A stretch of 64,000 nucleotides of DNA, taken from contig CAZJVP010000020.1 of NCBI GenBank assembly GCA_964549615.1, positions 32,001-96,000 on the forward strand, given 5' to 3'. The position numbers were made by a program, and so were the translations under genes. Positions 1 to 9,729 of this stretch are shown here, in pieces. This stretch comes from an uncultured Thermococci archaeon. GTDB lineage: Archaea > CAYQAE01 > CAYVLA01. Within the stretch, counting starts at the first letter, position 1. Each line of letters starts with the position of its first letter. A model generated the notes under the pieces. The model was not told the origin of the DNA and did not search any database. It worked only from the letters and a program-made list of their open reading frames with translations.

Positions 1-26
1 GCTTCATCTCGCATCCCGACAACCCG

Positions 27-197
27 CTAACCCGCTCTCCAGGACTGGGTCACCAACCAGATCAAGAAACCGACTAATCCGATCAGGAAGATGCCCAACC
101 CGGTTATCTTCGCAGTCTGCCTGAACTCCTTCGCAGACGGCTTCCTAGATACTAGGAACACCCTCTTGCATTGCGAAAGGAACTTCTTTATATCCAT
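27..197 (-). CDS. secE: Protein translocase subunit SecE / Sec61-gamma
   Basis: MDIKKFLSQCKRVFLVSRKPSAKEFRQTAKITGLGIFLIGLVGFLI fits the KPxxxEF + TM pattern; lies downstream of ftsZ. Start trimmed to the ATG at 197, with an AT-rich box at ~235-248. Confidence 0.93.
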   Translation of the reverse strand: MDIKKFLSQCKRVFLVSRKPSAKEFRQTAKITGLGIFLIGLVGFLIWLVTQSWRAG

Positions 198-444
198 CAA
201 TAGGACCTTGCGTGCGCTGGCCTGGCAAACGCTCATAATAAATATTACTTCACGGACGGACGGCGGCTGCTGCTCACGTTGCACCCTGACCTCGTTCGGG
301 TAAGCCGTGGCCCGTCACAGCCGTAGGTCGGCCGAGCCCGGGTTACATCTCAGACGTCCCGACGTACGTGCCGACCACACACCGCTAGCGAGCCGAATAA
401 GGCCCGAATAAGGCCTGCTGTGCGCCGCGGGCAGTTCCAACTCC

Positions 445-1590
445 CTACAGGGATGAGATGCCGAGGTCCTCGAGCCTGAGCTTCCCTATCTCCTTGCTCG
501 GCTCGGCCTCGAGCAGCTGCGCAGCTGGCTTCTCAGCGGCCTTCCCAACGATGTAGGGGGAACTGACGCCGGAGATGATCACGAGAACCCTCATGGTATT
601 CTTGATCTCCTCGTCTATCTGGGCCCCCCAGATGATCTGAGCATCTGCGCTCAGCTTCGAGGAGACCATCTCGACGACCTTCTCCACCTCCTGCAGCTCG
701 ACGTCCGGCCCAGCAACGATGTTGATCAGCGCACCGGTCGCACCGCCGATGTCCACATCCAGCAGTGGGCTTTGCAGCGCGTCCTCAGCTGCCTCGATCG
801 CCCTGTTGTCGGTATCGCTCTCCCCAAGCCCGATCATGGCGACGCCGCCGCCCCTCATGACCGTCCTGACGTCGGCGAAGTCAAGGTTGACCAACCCAGG
901 CTTGTTGATGAGCTCCGTTATGCCCATCACTGCGCCCATCAGCGTCTCGTCTGAGACCTTGAACGCGGCGTTTATCGGGAGGCCGGGCGCCAACTCAAGA
1001 AGCTTGTCGTTGGGAATGACTATGACGGTATCCGAGGCCTCCTTCAGTTTCTCCAAGCCCATCCGGGCGTTCTGCATCCTGACCTGGCCCTCAACGGTGA
1101 AGGGCAGGGTCACGACCGCAACCGTCAGGGCGCCTGCCTTCTTCGCAAGGTCGGCACAGACCGGAGCGGCGCCGGTGCCAGTGCCTCCGCCAAGGCCGCA
1201 CGTCACGAAGACGAGATCCGCGTCCGAAACGACGTCCTTGATCTCGCTTTCGCTTTCCCTCGCGGCCTCCTCACCGACCGTGGGATCGTTGCCGGCTCCA
1301 AGCCCGCCAGTGACGCCGCGGCCAAGCAACACCTTCTTGTGGGCCTGGGTGTAAAGAAGGTCCTGCGCATCCGTGTTCAGCGCCACGACCGTACACCCGG
1401 TAACGCCCACCTCCATGAGGCGTTGAACCGTATTCGAGCCAGCCCCACCGACGCCCAGGACGGCGATCTTAGCCCTAGCCTCCTTGAGTATCTCCTCAAG
1501 CTCCTCATCGATCATCTTCTCGATGCTGGCTTGGGTAGACGATTTCTCCTCCTTCTTCAACTTGTCTAAGACGTCTTCGACAGTGCTCAA
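445..1590 (-). CDS. ftsZ: Cell division protein FtsZ (FtsZ1 type)
   Basis: GVGGAGSN, tubulin signature GGGTGTG, NLDFADV; conserved archaeal ftsZ-secE synteny. Confidence 0.98.
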   Translation of the reverse strand: MSTVEDVLDKLKKEEKSSTQASIEKMIDEELEEILKEARAKIAVLGVGGAGSNTVQRLMEVGVTGCTVVALNTDAQDLLYTQAHKKVLLGRGVTGGLGAGNDPTVGEEAARESESEIKDVVSDADLVFVTCGLGGGTGTGAAPVCADLAKKAGALTVAVVTLPFTVEGQVRMQNARMGLEKLKEASDTVIVIPNDKLLELAPGLPINAAFKVSDETLMGAVMGITELINKPGLVNLDFADVRTVMRGGGVAMIGLGESDTDNRAIEAAEDALQSPLLDVDIGGATGALINIVAGPDVELQEVEKVVEMVSSKLSADAQIIWGAQIDEEIKNTMRVLVIISGVSSPYIVGKAAEKPAAQLLEAEPSKEIGKLRLEDLGISSL

Positions 1591-1731
1591 GTGGACGACC
1601 TCCGAGAGCTATGACCTACAGCGGTCGACTTTGGCTCCACCCCCGTTTTTTCTTTCCATTAATATATGTGACGCCGCCGGAAACCGAAACGCCGGGAGGA
1701 CCCGGAATGACGCGGCCGCGCCAGGCAACGG

Positions 1732-2574
1732 CTACCGGCTGGCTGGCACCCTTCCGCGCAGACAGTCCCTGAGCCTGAAATGCTTCAGCCCGACCCTGCC
1801 CATGCTAGCCACCAGCCGCCTCCTTTCCTCACCTCCGATGCCTTTCCAGTCCAACACCGCGAAGCCGGGCCTCGGCACGCTCCTTTCAAGCAGCATCCCC
1901 AGCATGACGTCATCCACCTCCCCAATTTGGTGCTTCGGCACCAGGTGCGACACTGAGACCCGAGTCTCGGTGACAAGCTGCGTGAAACCCGAGGAGTAGT
2001 GAGGTCCACCGAAGGCGACCGCAACGGGCGCATCATCCCGCGCCACGATGGGCTCGTTGATGACGCGCGATATCGCCATGGCCAACACCTCCCCGGCTGC
2101 GTGATCGCGCCAGCGCGACGAGTCGCTGCCGATCTCGATGAAGAAGCTGGGAACATCCGTTAGCGGGCCGTGGTGGGTTGCCTCGAGGGTCACCCCGAAG
2201 CTCGGATCTGCATTCAGCGCCTTCAATGCGCGGAGCGCCTGTTGCATCTCGAGCGGGGATGCCATCGAAAGACGGCGAGCCTGCCCACCGTGAAACATGT
2301 CACCGACGTTCCCGGGAGGATGAACGGTGAGACAGGGCTGCCCGGATTCACTCTCATGGCGCGACGCAAAGATGACAAGATCTGGCCTCGGGGATAGGGT
2401 TTCCGGGAATCCGTCGAGGGAAACCAGCTCACCATCCAAGAGAAGGAGCCTCGCATTCGTTGCAGAGTCGTCCTGCCGGGGGGAACGAGGCGTTACCTTG
2501 GGCAATAGGCAAGAGGCTATGTTGGTACCGGCTGGATCATCCTTTGACGCCAAGACGACGATGGATCTCGCCAA
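1732..2574 (-). CDS. dtdA: D-aminoacyl-tRNA deacylase (archaeal DTD2/GEK1 family)
   Basis: SxxDPAGxNI, FASRHES, LTVHPPGN, EATHHGP, FIEIGS, GGPHY motifs. Start trimmed to the TTG at 2574 (uncertain). Confidence 0.9.
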   Translation of the reverse strand: MARSIVVLASKDDPAGTNIASCLLPKVTPRSPRQDDSATNARLLLLDGELVSLDGFPETLSPRPDLVIFASRHESESGQPCLTVHPPGNVGDMFHGGQARRLSMASPLEMQQALRALKALNADPSFGVTLEATHHGPLTDVPSFFIEIGSDSSRWRDHAAGEVLAMAISRVINEPIVARDDAPVAVAFGGPHYSSGFTQLVTETRVSVSHLVPKHQIGEVDDVMLGMLLERSVPRPGFAVLDWKGIGGEERRRLVASMGRVGLKHFRLRDCLRGRVPASR

Positions 2575-2704
2575 CTTTCCAAACCCCAGATGCGCCCACG
2601 AACGGCGGGGCGATGGTTCGGTTTCTTCCCGTGCCCCGCGCTTCATTTTAATAGTGTGCAGGGAAGTTAGAAAGCCACCACCCGTCATCCGGACATGATC
2701 GGCC

Positions 2705-4294
2705 TTGAGGCTTCCCTTTCCGAGAAAAATCAGAAAGCCATCCGTGCTGCTGCTCCTCGGACTGCTCGTAGGTTTCCATCCAGTGTTGCGTCACGGTCTT
2801 CCCCGGAGCTCCGAAGCGTGGTCACACCTAGAGAACCTGCGAAGGATACCCAGCGGATGGGACGCCTTGAAGTTCGGCAAGATGCTCGAACTCTTCGAGA
2901 ATCGCCAACACTACACGAAGTACCCATTGTTCTACGTCATGGGTAAGCTTCTTCGCATCGACTCCCCCTTCAAAGCCGCAGCGTTCTCCGCCGCGGTGTT
3001 CGCACTCCTTCCGCTCCTCATGTTCTTCCTTGCCGGGTCGGTCCTACAAGAACAGGAGGCGTTCGCCGCCGGTCTCGCAGTTGCAGTGACGTCCGCCTTC
3101 GTGTACACGATGAATTTCTTCTCGGGGGGTGAGCCGCTTGCCGTCGCCCTACTGCTGGCGGGCCTAGTCCTGCACCTAAGACGCGGGCCCATCTTCAGCC
3201 TTCCGATCTATGCGGCGATAGTCTTCCTTCATCCTTTCACATCACTCTTCCTTTGGGCCCTGCTGCTTGTGATGCCGTTCTTTCTCAAGCCCGATTCCAA
3301 AAGACGCTTGATCGAGCAGTGCATCTGCACCGGGATATTCTCATCGACCTTCCTTGGGTGGATCGTGTTACAAATCTCACGTGGCCTTCCGCTTGGCGAT
3401 TACATCCTTTCCAGCCTCAAGGAATGGGTGCTCCTGACGGCATTCGTCTGCCTGACCGGAGGGAGCCTAGCTGTCCAAGCTATGGGGGTGAGATTCGATC
3501 AGGTCGGCCGCCTGTTTGACTTCGTTTCCTGCATGATGCGTCTGCACCTGAGGACATTGATCTTGGTCCTTGAACTTGGGTTTCTTGGCCTCTTTGTCTG
3601 CAGCGGCGTCCCCGGCACCGAACAGGTCGTGCAGCCCGCCACGGCCCTTTTCTACCTTCCCTTGCTTGCAGCGATCGGGATGGTCTTGCTGCGGAGGCGC
3701 GAGGTTGAGCCATTCAGCGTCACCTTTGTCGCATCCGGGATAGGCCTGTTCATGGCCGGCACGTTGATCGTACCCAGGGCAATACCTGCATACAGGCTGG
3801 CCCCGTATGGAGCCATGGGACTGTCTCTTCTCCTTGGGCCATGCGTCGCGCACCCCAAAGGTAGGCTGGTTCTTCCCATGGTCCTAGCGGCGCTTGCAGC
3901 AACGACATATCCGGGGCCTTCGTTCTACTTCGGTTTTGACGAGCAGTACTACCCCGCCGAGATGGCAGCGGTTTCCAGGATTCCGGATCTCACGGCGAAG
4001 GCATGTGTGCTGTCCGATGTGAGGGTGGAGGATCTGTTAAGGTACGAAACAGGGCTTTCGGCCAAGACGGCAGCCGGCGAGCTCTTGGAAGTCGACATTG
4101 GCTGCGTCGTGCTGTTGAATAACCAGATGCGCAAGCATGGATTCTACCCGCCCGGCCATGAGTGGTTTAGGCGCCCGTTCAAGCTGGATGTCATGGGGCT
4201 TGAGAAGGGGTCGACGACCATCTACGACAACGGCTGGGCGCAGATCCTCGTCGTCACCGAGAACGGGGTGAGCCTGGGGTTGGTTTCACGTTGA
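2705..4294 (+). CDS. Polytopic membrane protein, probable GT-C-fold glycosyltransferase-like
   Basis: About 12 hydrophobic segments, first loop GLPRSSEAWSH...YTKYP, soluble C-terminal domain; overlaps the downstream GT2 gene by 4 nt. Confidence 0.55.
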   Translation: MRLPFPRKIRKPSVLLLLGLLVGFHPVLRHGLPRSSEAWSHLENLRRIPSGWDALKFGKMLELFENRQHYTKYPLFYVMGKLLRIDSPFKAAAFSAAVFALLPLLMFFLAGSVLQEQEAFAAGLAVAVTSAFVYTMNFFSGGEPLAVALLLAGLVLHLRRGPIFSLPIYAAIVFLHPFTSLFLWALLLVMPFFLKPDSKRRLIEQCICTGIFSSTFLGWIVLQISRGLPLGDYILSSLKEWVLLTAFVCLTGGSLAVQAMGVRFDQVGRLFDFVSCMMRLHLRTLILVLELGFLGLFVCSGVPGTEQVVQPATALFYLPLLAAIGMVLLRRREVEPFSVTFVASGIGLFMAGTLIVPRAIPAYRLAPYGAMGLSLLLGPCVAHPKGRLVLPMVLAALAATTYPGPSFYFGFDEQYYPAEMAAVSRIPDLTAKACVLSDVRVEDLLRYETGLSAKTAAGELLEVDIGCVVLLNNQMRKHGFYPPGHEWFRRPFKLDVMGLEKGSTTIYDNGWAQILVVTENGVSLGLVSR

Positions 4295-5358
4295 TAATCC
4301 AAATCGTGTCTTGCGCCATGAGCTTAGCCGTCCTCGTTCTGCATGCCATCGTATCGGCCCTGGCGGCCGGCAAGACCAAATCTTCAGCCCCGGCTTCTGG
4401 CGAGATCAACGTCATCGTGCCTACCTACAACGAGGGTGAGACCATAGGCGAGTGCCTCGGATCGCTCGGTCGGATGGATCCGACGAACCCGCCACACTCA
4501 ACATACGTCGTGGACGACAGTTCCTCCGACGGAACGCAGCAGATAGCGTCAACCTACCCCGGAGTGTCCTTGGTGAAAAGGCCGAAGCGAACGTCCAAGG
4601 CCGACGCGCTGAACTTTGCCGTCCGCAACATCAGGGGGGACATCTTCGCGATCGTCGATGGCGATTGCGTGGTCGCTCCGGATTGGTTGGGCCGACTGGT
4701 CTCGCCACTATCTGACGATTCCGTGGGGATATCAACCGGTTCGGTCCTCGTGCTGAATCGGAATGACTCCCTGCTAACCCGGATGCAAAGCTGCGAGATG
4801 GCTCTCCTGTGTCATGAACTCCTCAGGCCCGTCGAGAGGGTGGGAATGCTGTACTCCATCAACGGAAACAACTTCGCCTTCACCAGAAGGTGCTGGGAGA
4901 AGGTGGGAGGCTTCGATCCTTCCAAGCTGACTGAGGATACCGATTTTGCCATCAGGACAAGGGCGGCCGGCCTTCACGTCAGGTCCGCAGACTGCAGGGT
5001 GTTCACCCATGTTCCCTCGAGGTTCCGCGAGCTGCTTCGGCAGCGCAGAAGGTGGTACGTGGGCTGGTATCAGAAGCTCTCAAGCACAAACCTCCTGATC
5101 GGTGCACTGTTCATACTTCTCTTCTACTACGCGTTCTTCTTCTTCGTGGCCTGCTTCTCGCCGATCTCGCTCGCGTTCTTCCTGGCATATTACCTTGAAC
5201 TGGGCGCGACGTATCGGAGGGCCTACGGGCGAATCAGCCTTCTTGATCCTCTCGTGTTCATCGTTCTAACGCCTTTCGTTACGACCGCCGTCATAGCGGC
5301 CGCGATCCCCCTTGCTTTGAGGGGCAAGGATCGTCTCATGGTGCAGCAACACTGGTGA
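4291..5358 (+). CDS. Family 2 glycosyltransferase (processive-type signature)
   Basis: VPTYNE, VDDSSSD, KADALN, DGD, TED and QRRRW motifs; C-terminal TM helices. Confidence 0.92.
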   Translation: MIIQIVSCAMSLAVLVLHAIVSALAAGKTKSSAPASGEINVIVPTYNEGETIGECLGSLGRMDPTNPPHSTYVVDDSSSDGTQQIASTYPGVSLVKRPKRTSKADALNFAVRNIRGDIFAIVDGDCVVAPDWLGRLVSPLSDDSVGISTGSVLVLNRNDSLLTRMQSCEMALLCHELLRPVERVGMLYSINGNNFAFTRRCWEKVGGFDPSKLTEDTDFAIRTRAAGLHVRSADCRVFTHVPSRFRELLRQRRRWYVGWYQKLSSTNLLIGALFILLFYYAFFFFVACFSPISLAFFLAYYLELGATYRRAYGRISLLDPLVFIVLTPFVTTAVIAAAIPLALRGKDRLMVQQHW

Positions 5359-5501
5359 CCGCGCCCCGTTCCTTGGCTCGCTGAATCAGCCTGACCGCCG
5401 CCCCCGCCCCCCACGGGGTTACATATTTAATTCTGGATCAACGATCCTAGTCGAGAGGTCGCGGACCTCGCTTATCCCCTTTCCCGACCAGGTCGATTTG
5501 C

Positions 5502-6056
5502 ATGGAGTACCTTCGAATACCTCTAGACCGAGTGGGCGTTCTGGTGGGCAAGGAAGGATCCTTCAAGAAATTTCTTGAGCAAGCCACGGGAACGAGGGTC
5601 GATCTCAACAGTGCGACCGGCGAGGTCACGATCACCAAGGTCAAGGATACGGGAGATCCCCTTTCCGTGTGGGTGGCGCGCGACATCGTCAGAGCCATAG
5701 GAAGGGGCTTTTCTCCAGAGAAGGCATGCCGGCTTCTCGATGAGGGTCAGACGCTCAAGATAATCGACCTGGGATCCGAACTTGGAAAGTCCGACAGGGT
5801 CCTTCAAAGGCAGAGATCCAGGCTGATAGGCAAGGGGGGCAGGACGAGAGAGATAATGGAGCAAACGACGCGATGCGACATTTCCATCATGGGCAGGACC
5901 GTTTCCATCATAGGCGACGATGAGCAGGTCGCCGCGGCCCAAGAGGCAGTCGAGATGATCATCAGGGGTGTTCCACACAGCATCGTCTACCGTTTCTTGG
6001 AAAGAAAGAGCAACGAACTGAAACAGAGAGAAAAGGAGATCTGGCGGAAGGCCTAG
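5502..6056 (+). CDS. KH-domain rRNA-processing protein (Dim2p/Pno1/Krr1 family)
   Basis: Two KH GxxG motifs (VGKEG, IGKGG), AIGRGFSPE, G.PHSIVY; typical position upstream of top6B. Confidence 0.93.
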   Translation: MEYLRIPLDRVGVLVGKEGSFKKFLEQATGTRVDLNSATGEVTITKVKDTGDPLSVWVARDIVRAIGRGFSPEKACRLLDEGQTLKIIDLGSELGKSDRVLQRQRSRLIGKGGRTREIMEQTTRCDISIMGRTVSIIGDDEQVAAAQEAVEMIIRGVPHSIVYRFLERKSNELKQREKEIWRKA

Positions 6057-6070
6057 GATGGTGCGCGTGC

Positions 6071-7804
6071 GTGGCCTCCTCTGGAGAACTGCACAAACAA
6101 GGCGGCGAAGCCCAAGGCGCCTCGACCGCGGATGAGATCTTCAAGGACTTCAAGTCGCTAAGCCTCTCGGAATTCTTCCGAAAAAACCCGGCGATGCTTG
6201 GCCTGACGGGGAAGATGAAGTCCCTGTCCATGATAGTCCACGAGGCCGTCACCAACTCGCTTGACGCGGCAGAGGAAGCCGGCTCCCTCCCGGACGTGTA
6301 CGTAGTCATCGAGAAGTTGGACGGTGACTACCACTACAGGGTTGCCGTGGAGGATAATGGACCGGGCATTCCCGAGCAATTCATCCCGGACGTCTTCGGC
6401 AAGATGCTGGCGGGCACGAAGCACCGGTACGTTCAGAGGCGGGGCCAGCAGGGCATCGGCATCTCGGGGGCTACCATGTTCGCCCAGATAACCTCGGGGA
6501 ATCCGATCCGCGTCTACACGAGCACGGGGAAGAAGATAGTCGGTGCAGAGCTGAAGATAGACGTCAAGCGAAACGAGGGCAGGATTTTGAGCAAGACCGA
6601 GATCCCGACGGATGACTTCCGGGGAACGCGCGTGGAGCTTGAGGTTAAGGGGGTCCTCTACACGAAGGCCAAGCAAAGCCCTCTCGGATACATGAGGATG
6701 ACCGCGATTGCGAACCCTCACGCGAACATCACGATGCTTTCGCCCGACGGCGAGTTCTTCCGGTGGCAGAGGAGCACGAATGAGCTTCCAAGACGTCCCC
6801 AGGAGATCAAGCCCCATCCGTATGGAATCACGCCGGACGATCTGCTCAACCTCGCCCGAGGATCGGAAAACCGAAACGTCTCGGGGATGCTTGCGCAAGG
6901 CCTGTGCCGCGTGTCCTCTTCCAAGATTGGGGAGATCCGACTCGGAATGGCGTTCCGAGAGCTGCTCAAGCGCTACCAGGAGTACGTCACCGACGAAGTG
7001 AGAAACTCCATTGCGGAGGCCAAGAACATCGAGGACAAGGTGACGTGCTTCGGCAAGGTGCTCTCACGGCACAGGGCCAAGTGGGAGCACGTCCTCCGGG
7101 AGGAGGTGAAGAACGCAGACCGCATCCTGAGAAAGCGAGCGGCTCAGCTCAAGTTCGAGGAGGCCGAGGCAATCGTTGAGTCGTTCAAGCACGTAAGATT
7201 CCTAGCTCCGCCCACAAACGCCCTCTCCCCAATAGGCATGGAGAACATAATGAAAGGACTCAACGAGATCCTCAAGCCCGAGTTCGTCTATGCCTGCACG
7301 CGAGACCCGGCGACCTACAGAGGCGGCATCCCCTTCATAGTCGAAGTCGGGATCGCGTACGGGGGTTATTGCCCCCCTGGGATCGACGTCATCAGGTTCG
7401 CCAACAGAGCTCCCTTGATGTTCGACTCCGGAGGGTGCGTCATAACGGAGGCGGCAAAGAGCATAGACTGGAAGCGCTATGGGGTCTACGACATCGACAC
7501 CGCGCCGCTCACCGTATTCGTCAACCTCGTCTCGACCTTCGTGCCCTACACATCCACCGGAAAGCAGACCATAGCGGCGGAGGAGGAGATCCTTAGCGAG
7601 ATCAGGATGGGACTCATGGACGCCGCTAGGAACCTGAAAAGGCACCTCACCCACAAGAGGAGGATCTACGAAAGGGCATCGCGGAGGAGCTCGCTCCTCA
7701 AGTACGTGGATGAGACGGCGGCCGCAATAGCCAAGCTCTCAAAGAAAGACCAGTCGGAGATAAAGAAGAAGCTGGAGATGCTCATAGACAAGAAGTTCGT
7801 CTGA
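6071..7804 (+). CDS. top6B: DNA topoisomerase VI subunit B
   Basis: SEFFRKN, GHKL motifs EAVTNSLDA and DNGPGI, RGQQGIGIS, PHPYG, RFANRAPL. Confidence 0.97.
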   Translation: MASSGELHKQGGEAQGASTADEIFKDFKSLSLSEFFRKNPAMLGLTGKMKSLSMIVHEAVTNSLDAAEEAGSLPDVYVVIEKLDGDYHYRVAVEDNGPGIPEQFIPDVFGKMLAGTKHRYVQRRGQQGIGISGATMFAQITSGNPIRVYTSTGKKIVGAELKIDVKRNEGRILSKTEIPTDDFRGTRVELEVKGVLYTKAKQSPLGYMRMTAIANPHANITMLSPDGEFFRWQRSTNELPRRPQEIKPHPYGITPDDLLNLARGSENRNVSGMLAQGLCRVSSSKIGEIRLGMAFRELLKRYQEYVTDEVRNSIAEAKNIEDKVTCFGKVLSRHRAKWEHVLREEVKNADRILRKRAAQLKFEEAEAIVESFKHVRFLAPPTNALSPIGMENIMKGLNEILKPEFVYACTRDPATYRGGIPFIVEVGIAYGGYCPPGIDVIRFANRAPLMFDSGGCVITEAAKSIDWKRYGVYDIDTAPLTVFVNLVSTFVPYTSTGKQTIAAEEEILSEIRMGLMDAARNLKRHLTHKRRIYERASRRSSLLKYVDETAAAIAKLSKKDQSEIKKKLEMLIDKKFV

Positions 7805-7813
7805 GCCGGTCCA

Positions 7814-9679
7814 TTAACCCCTGAAGCTCGGCCTACTGGACAGGTTGCGTGAAAGGCCCAGAGGCCTTTTCGGGTACCCTTTGGTCGCCTCCAAGATGTG
7901 GGAGCCAAGCTCTGAGGTCGTCATCTGCTTGATCTCCCTGGGCCGCCTGAGCCTCACCGAAAGGTTCCCGGATTCGTTTTCCTTCTGGCCGAAGACCACC
8001 ACATACGGGATCCATTCCGTCTCAGCGTCCCTCACTTTCCTGCTTACGGAGTGCGGCCTGTCATCGATGTCCACCCTGACGCCTCGGGACTCAAGCTCGT
8101 CGGCAATCTTGCCCGCCTGCGGAAGAAGTTCATCGCTGACCGGACATATCCTGACCTGCACCGGGGAAAGCCACAGTGGAAAGCACGGCGCGATTCCTTT
8201 CTGTTGATCCAGGTACGCCTTCTCCAGGAGCGCGTAGAGGTTCCTGTCGATGCCGCCGCTTATGCTCGCATGCAACATCACAGGATGCTTCCTCCGCCCT
8301 TCCTTGTCCACGTAGGTGATGTCGAACCTCTCGGGGTTCTCTATGTCGATCTGCACGGTGGAAAGCGCCGAGGCCTTTCCCAACGCGTCGACAAAGTTGA
8401 ACTCAAACTTCATGACGAAGTAGAAGCTCCTTTCGTCCCACATCTCCACGAGGACCGGCTTTCCGACCCTCTTCACCAGCTTGACGGCGAAGTCCCTGTT
8501 CTGCTCGTAGAAGTCCCTGACGAAGCGGACCCCGACCTCGTAGTCGACATCCAAGCACCTCATCCAATCCATGCACAGGTCGTACTGCTTGGCGAACTCC
8601 TCGATTGCCCCGTTCATGTCCGCCGCCAGGGTGTGCATGTCGGGCATCGTGAAGGCCCGAAGCCTGCGCAGCCCGACGACCTCTCCGCTTTGCTCACGCC
8701 GGAAACTGAAGTGGGTGAGCTCGTACAGACGGAGAGGAAGATTCCTGTAGGAGATCGACATGTCATGCTTCATCAGATACTGCCCGAAGCATGCGGAGAA
8801 CCTCAGAAAGAACTCCCTCTCCTCGGACCTTAGCGTGTACTGCCGCGCCGGGAACCTGTCAAGGTACTTGGAGAGGCTCGGGTGGGAGATGTCGTACATG
8901 ATGGGCGTCTCCACCTCCATTGCGCCCGCCGATCGAACCATATCGGTAACGTGTTCCTCCAAGAGGCGCTTCATCAAAGTGCCCTTCGGATACCAGCGCA
9001 GGTTCCCCGTGTCGCTGCCTGGCTCGTAGTCGACGAGCTCCAACTTCTGCATAAGCTTGACGTGGGGCGGCACCTGGTCGACGGCCCGGGATTTGTACAT
9101 CTCATGATGCGCGAACTTCTGCAGGTTGGGGTAGGGGGTGAAGTCGAACTGCGAGACCTCGACGAGGTCTCCATCGGGGGTCAGGATGTACCAATGCGAA
9201 CGAATCTTCTGTTCCTTCTCAACCGCGAGCGGAACAGCTTGTGCCGCCGGGCCCTTGCCAGCGGCCCTGATCTCGCGGCTGAGCTCCGAGAGCGGATGCC
9301 CCTTGCACTTGAGCTCAAAGGCCTTATAGAAGCCAAAGGGTGCCCTCTTGACCTGCAGCTCCTTGGGAAGCCTCGACTCCAGATCCCTGAGGATCTTGAC
9401 TGCAGAATGCGGGGACGCCAGCTGGGAGGAGAGGTGGGCATAGGGGTACAACAGCACGCGCTCAGGGTTGACCTGTTTCGCGACCGCGCAGATCTCCGAA
9501 GCCGCCCTCTCCACGATCTCCTCGGCCGCCTGTTCGTCGGAGGATTCGACCGCAGTGAAGACGACGAGGACCTCCTTCATCTCGTCGCCGGTAAAGCCTG
9601 CTGGCACGGGCTCGGCGACCTTGGTCTTGCTCTTGATCTCGTACTTCATCGAGTCCGCATGGATGAAGAGGACTCTCAC
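7814..9679 (-). CDS. thrS: Threonyl-tRNA synthetase, archaeal type with N-terminal editing domain
   Basis: YPYAHLS and CKGHPLSELSR editing domain; LRFSACFG, FRREQSGE, RLRAFTMPDMH; C-terminal anticodon-binding domain. Confidence 0.97.
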   Translation of the reverse strand: MRVLFIHADSMKYEIKSKTKVAEPVPAGFTGDEMKEVLVVFTAVESSDEQAAEEIVERAASEICAVAKQVNPERVLLYPYAHLSSQLASPHSAVKILRDLESRLPKELQVKRAPFGFYKAFELKCKGHPLSELSREIRAAGKGPAAQAVPLAVEKEQKIRSHWYILTPDGDLVEVSQFDFTPYPNLQKFAHHEMYKSRAVDQVPPHVKLMQKLELVDYEPGSDTGNLRWYPKGTLMKRLLEEHVTDMVRSAGAMEVETPIMYDISHPSLSKYLDRFPARQYTLRSEEREFFLRFSACFGQYLMKHDMSISYRNLPLRLYELTHFSFRREQSGEVVGLRRLRAFTMPDMHTLAADMNGAIEEFAKQYDLCMDWMRCLDVDYEVGVRFVRDFYEQNRDFAVKLVKRVGKPVLVEMWDERSFYFVMKFEFNFVDALGKASALSTVQIDIENPERFDITYVDKEGRRKHPVMLHASISGGIDRNLYALLEKAYLDQQKGIAPCFPLWLSPVQVRICPVSDELLPQAGKIADELESRGVRVDIDDRPHSVSRKVRDAETEWIPYVVVFGQKENESGNLSVRLRRPREIKQMTTSELGSHILEATKGYPKRPLGLSRNLSSRPSFRG

Positions 9680-9729
9680 GCAAAACCCGGCTGCCCGGTT
9701 AACAACACCTCTATTAAATGATCCCCAGG

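Noticed and set aside
255-395. Possible 5S rRNA on the plus strand (ACGGCGG...CACCC...TAAGCC)
   Set aside because: Lacks the CCGAAC/GAAGTTAAG loop spacing and the terminal helix of 5S rRNA.
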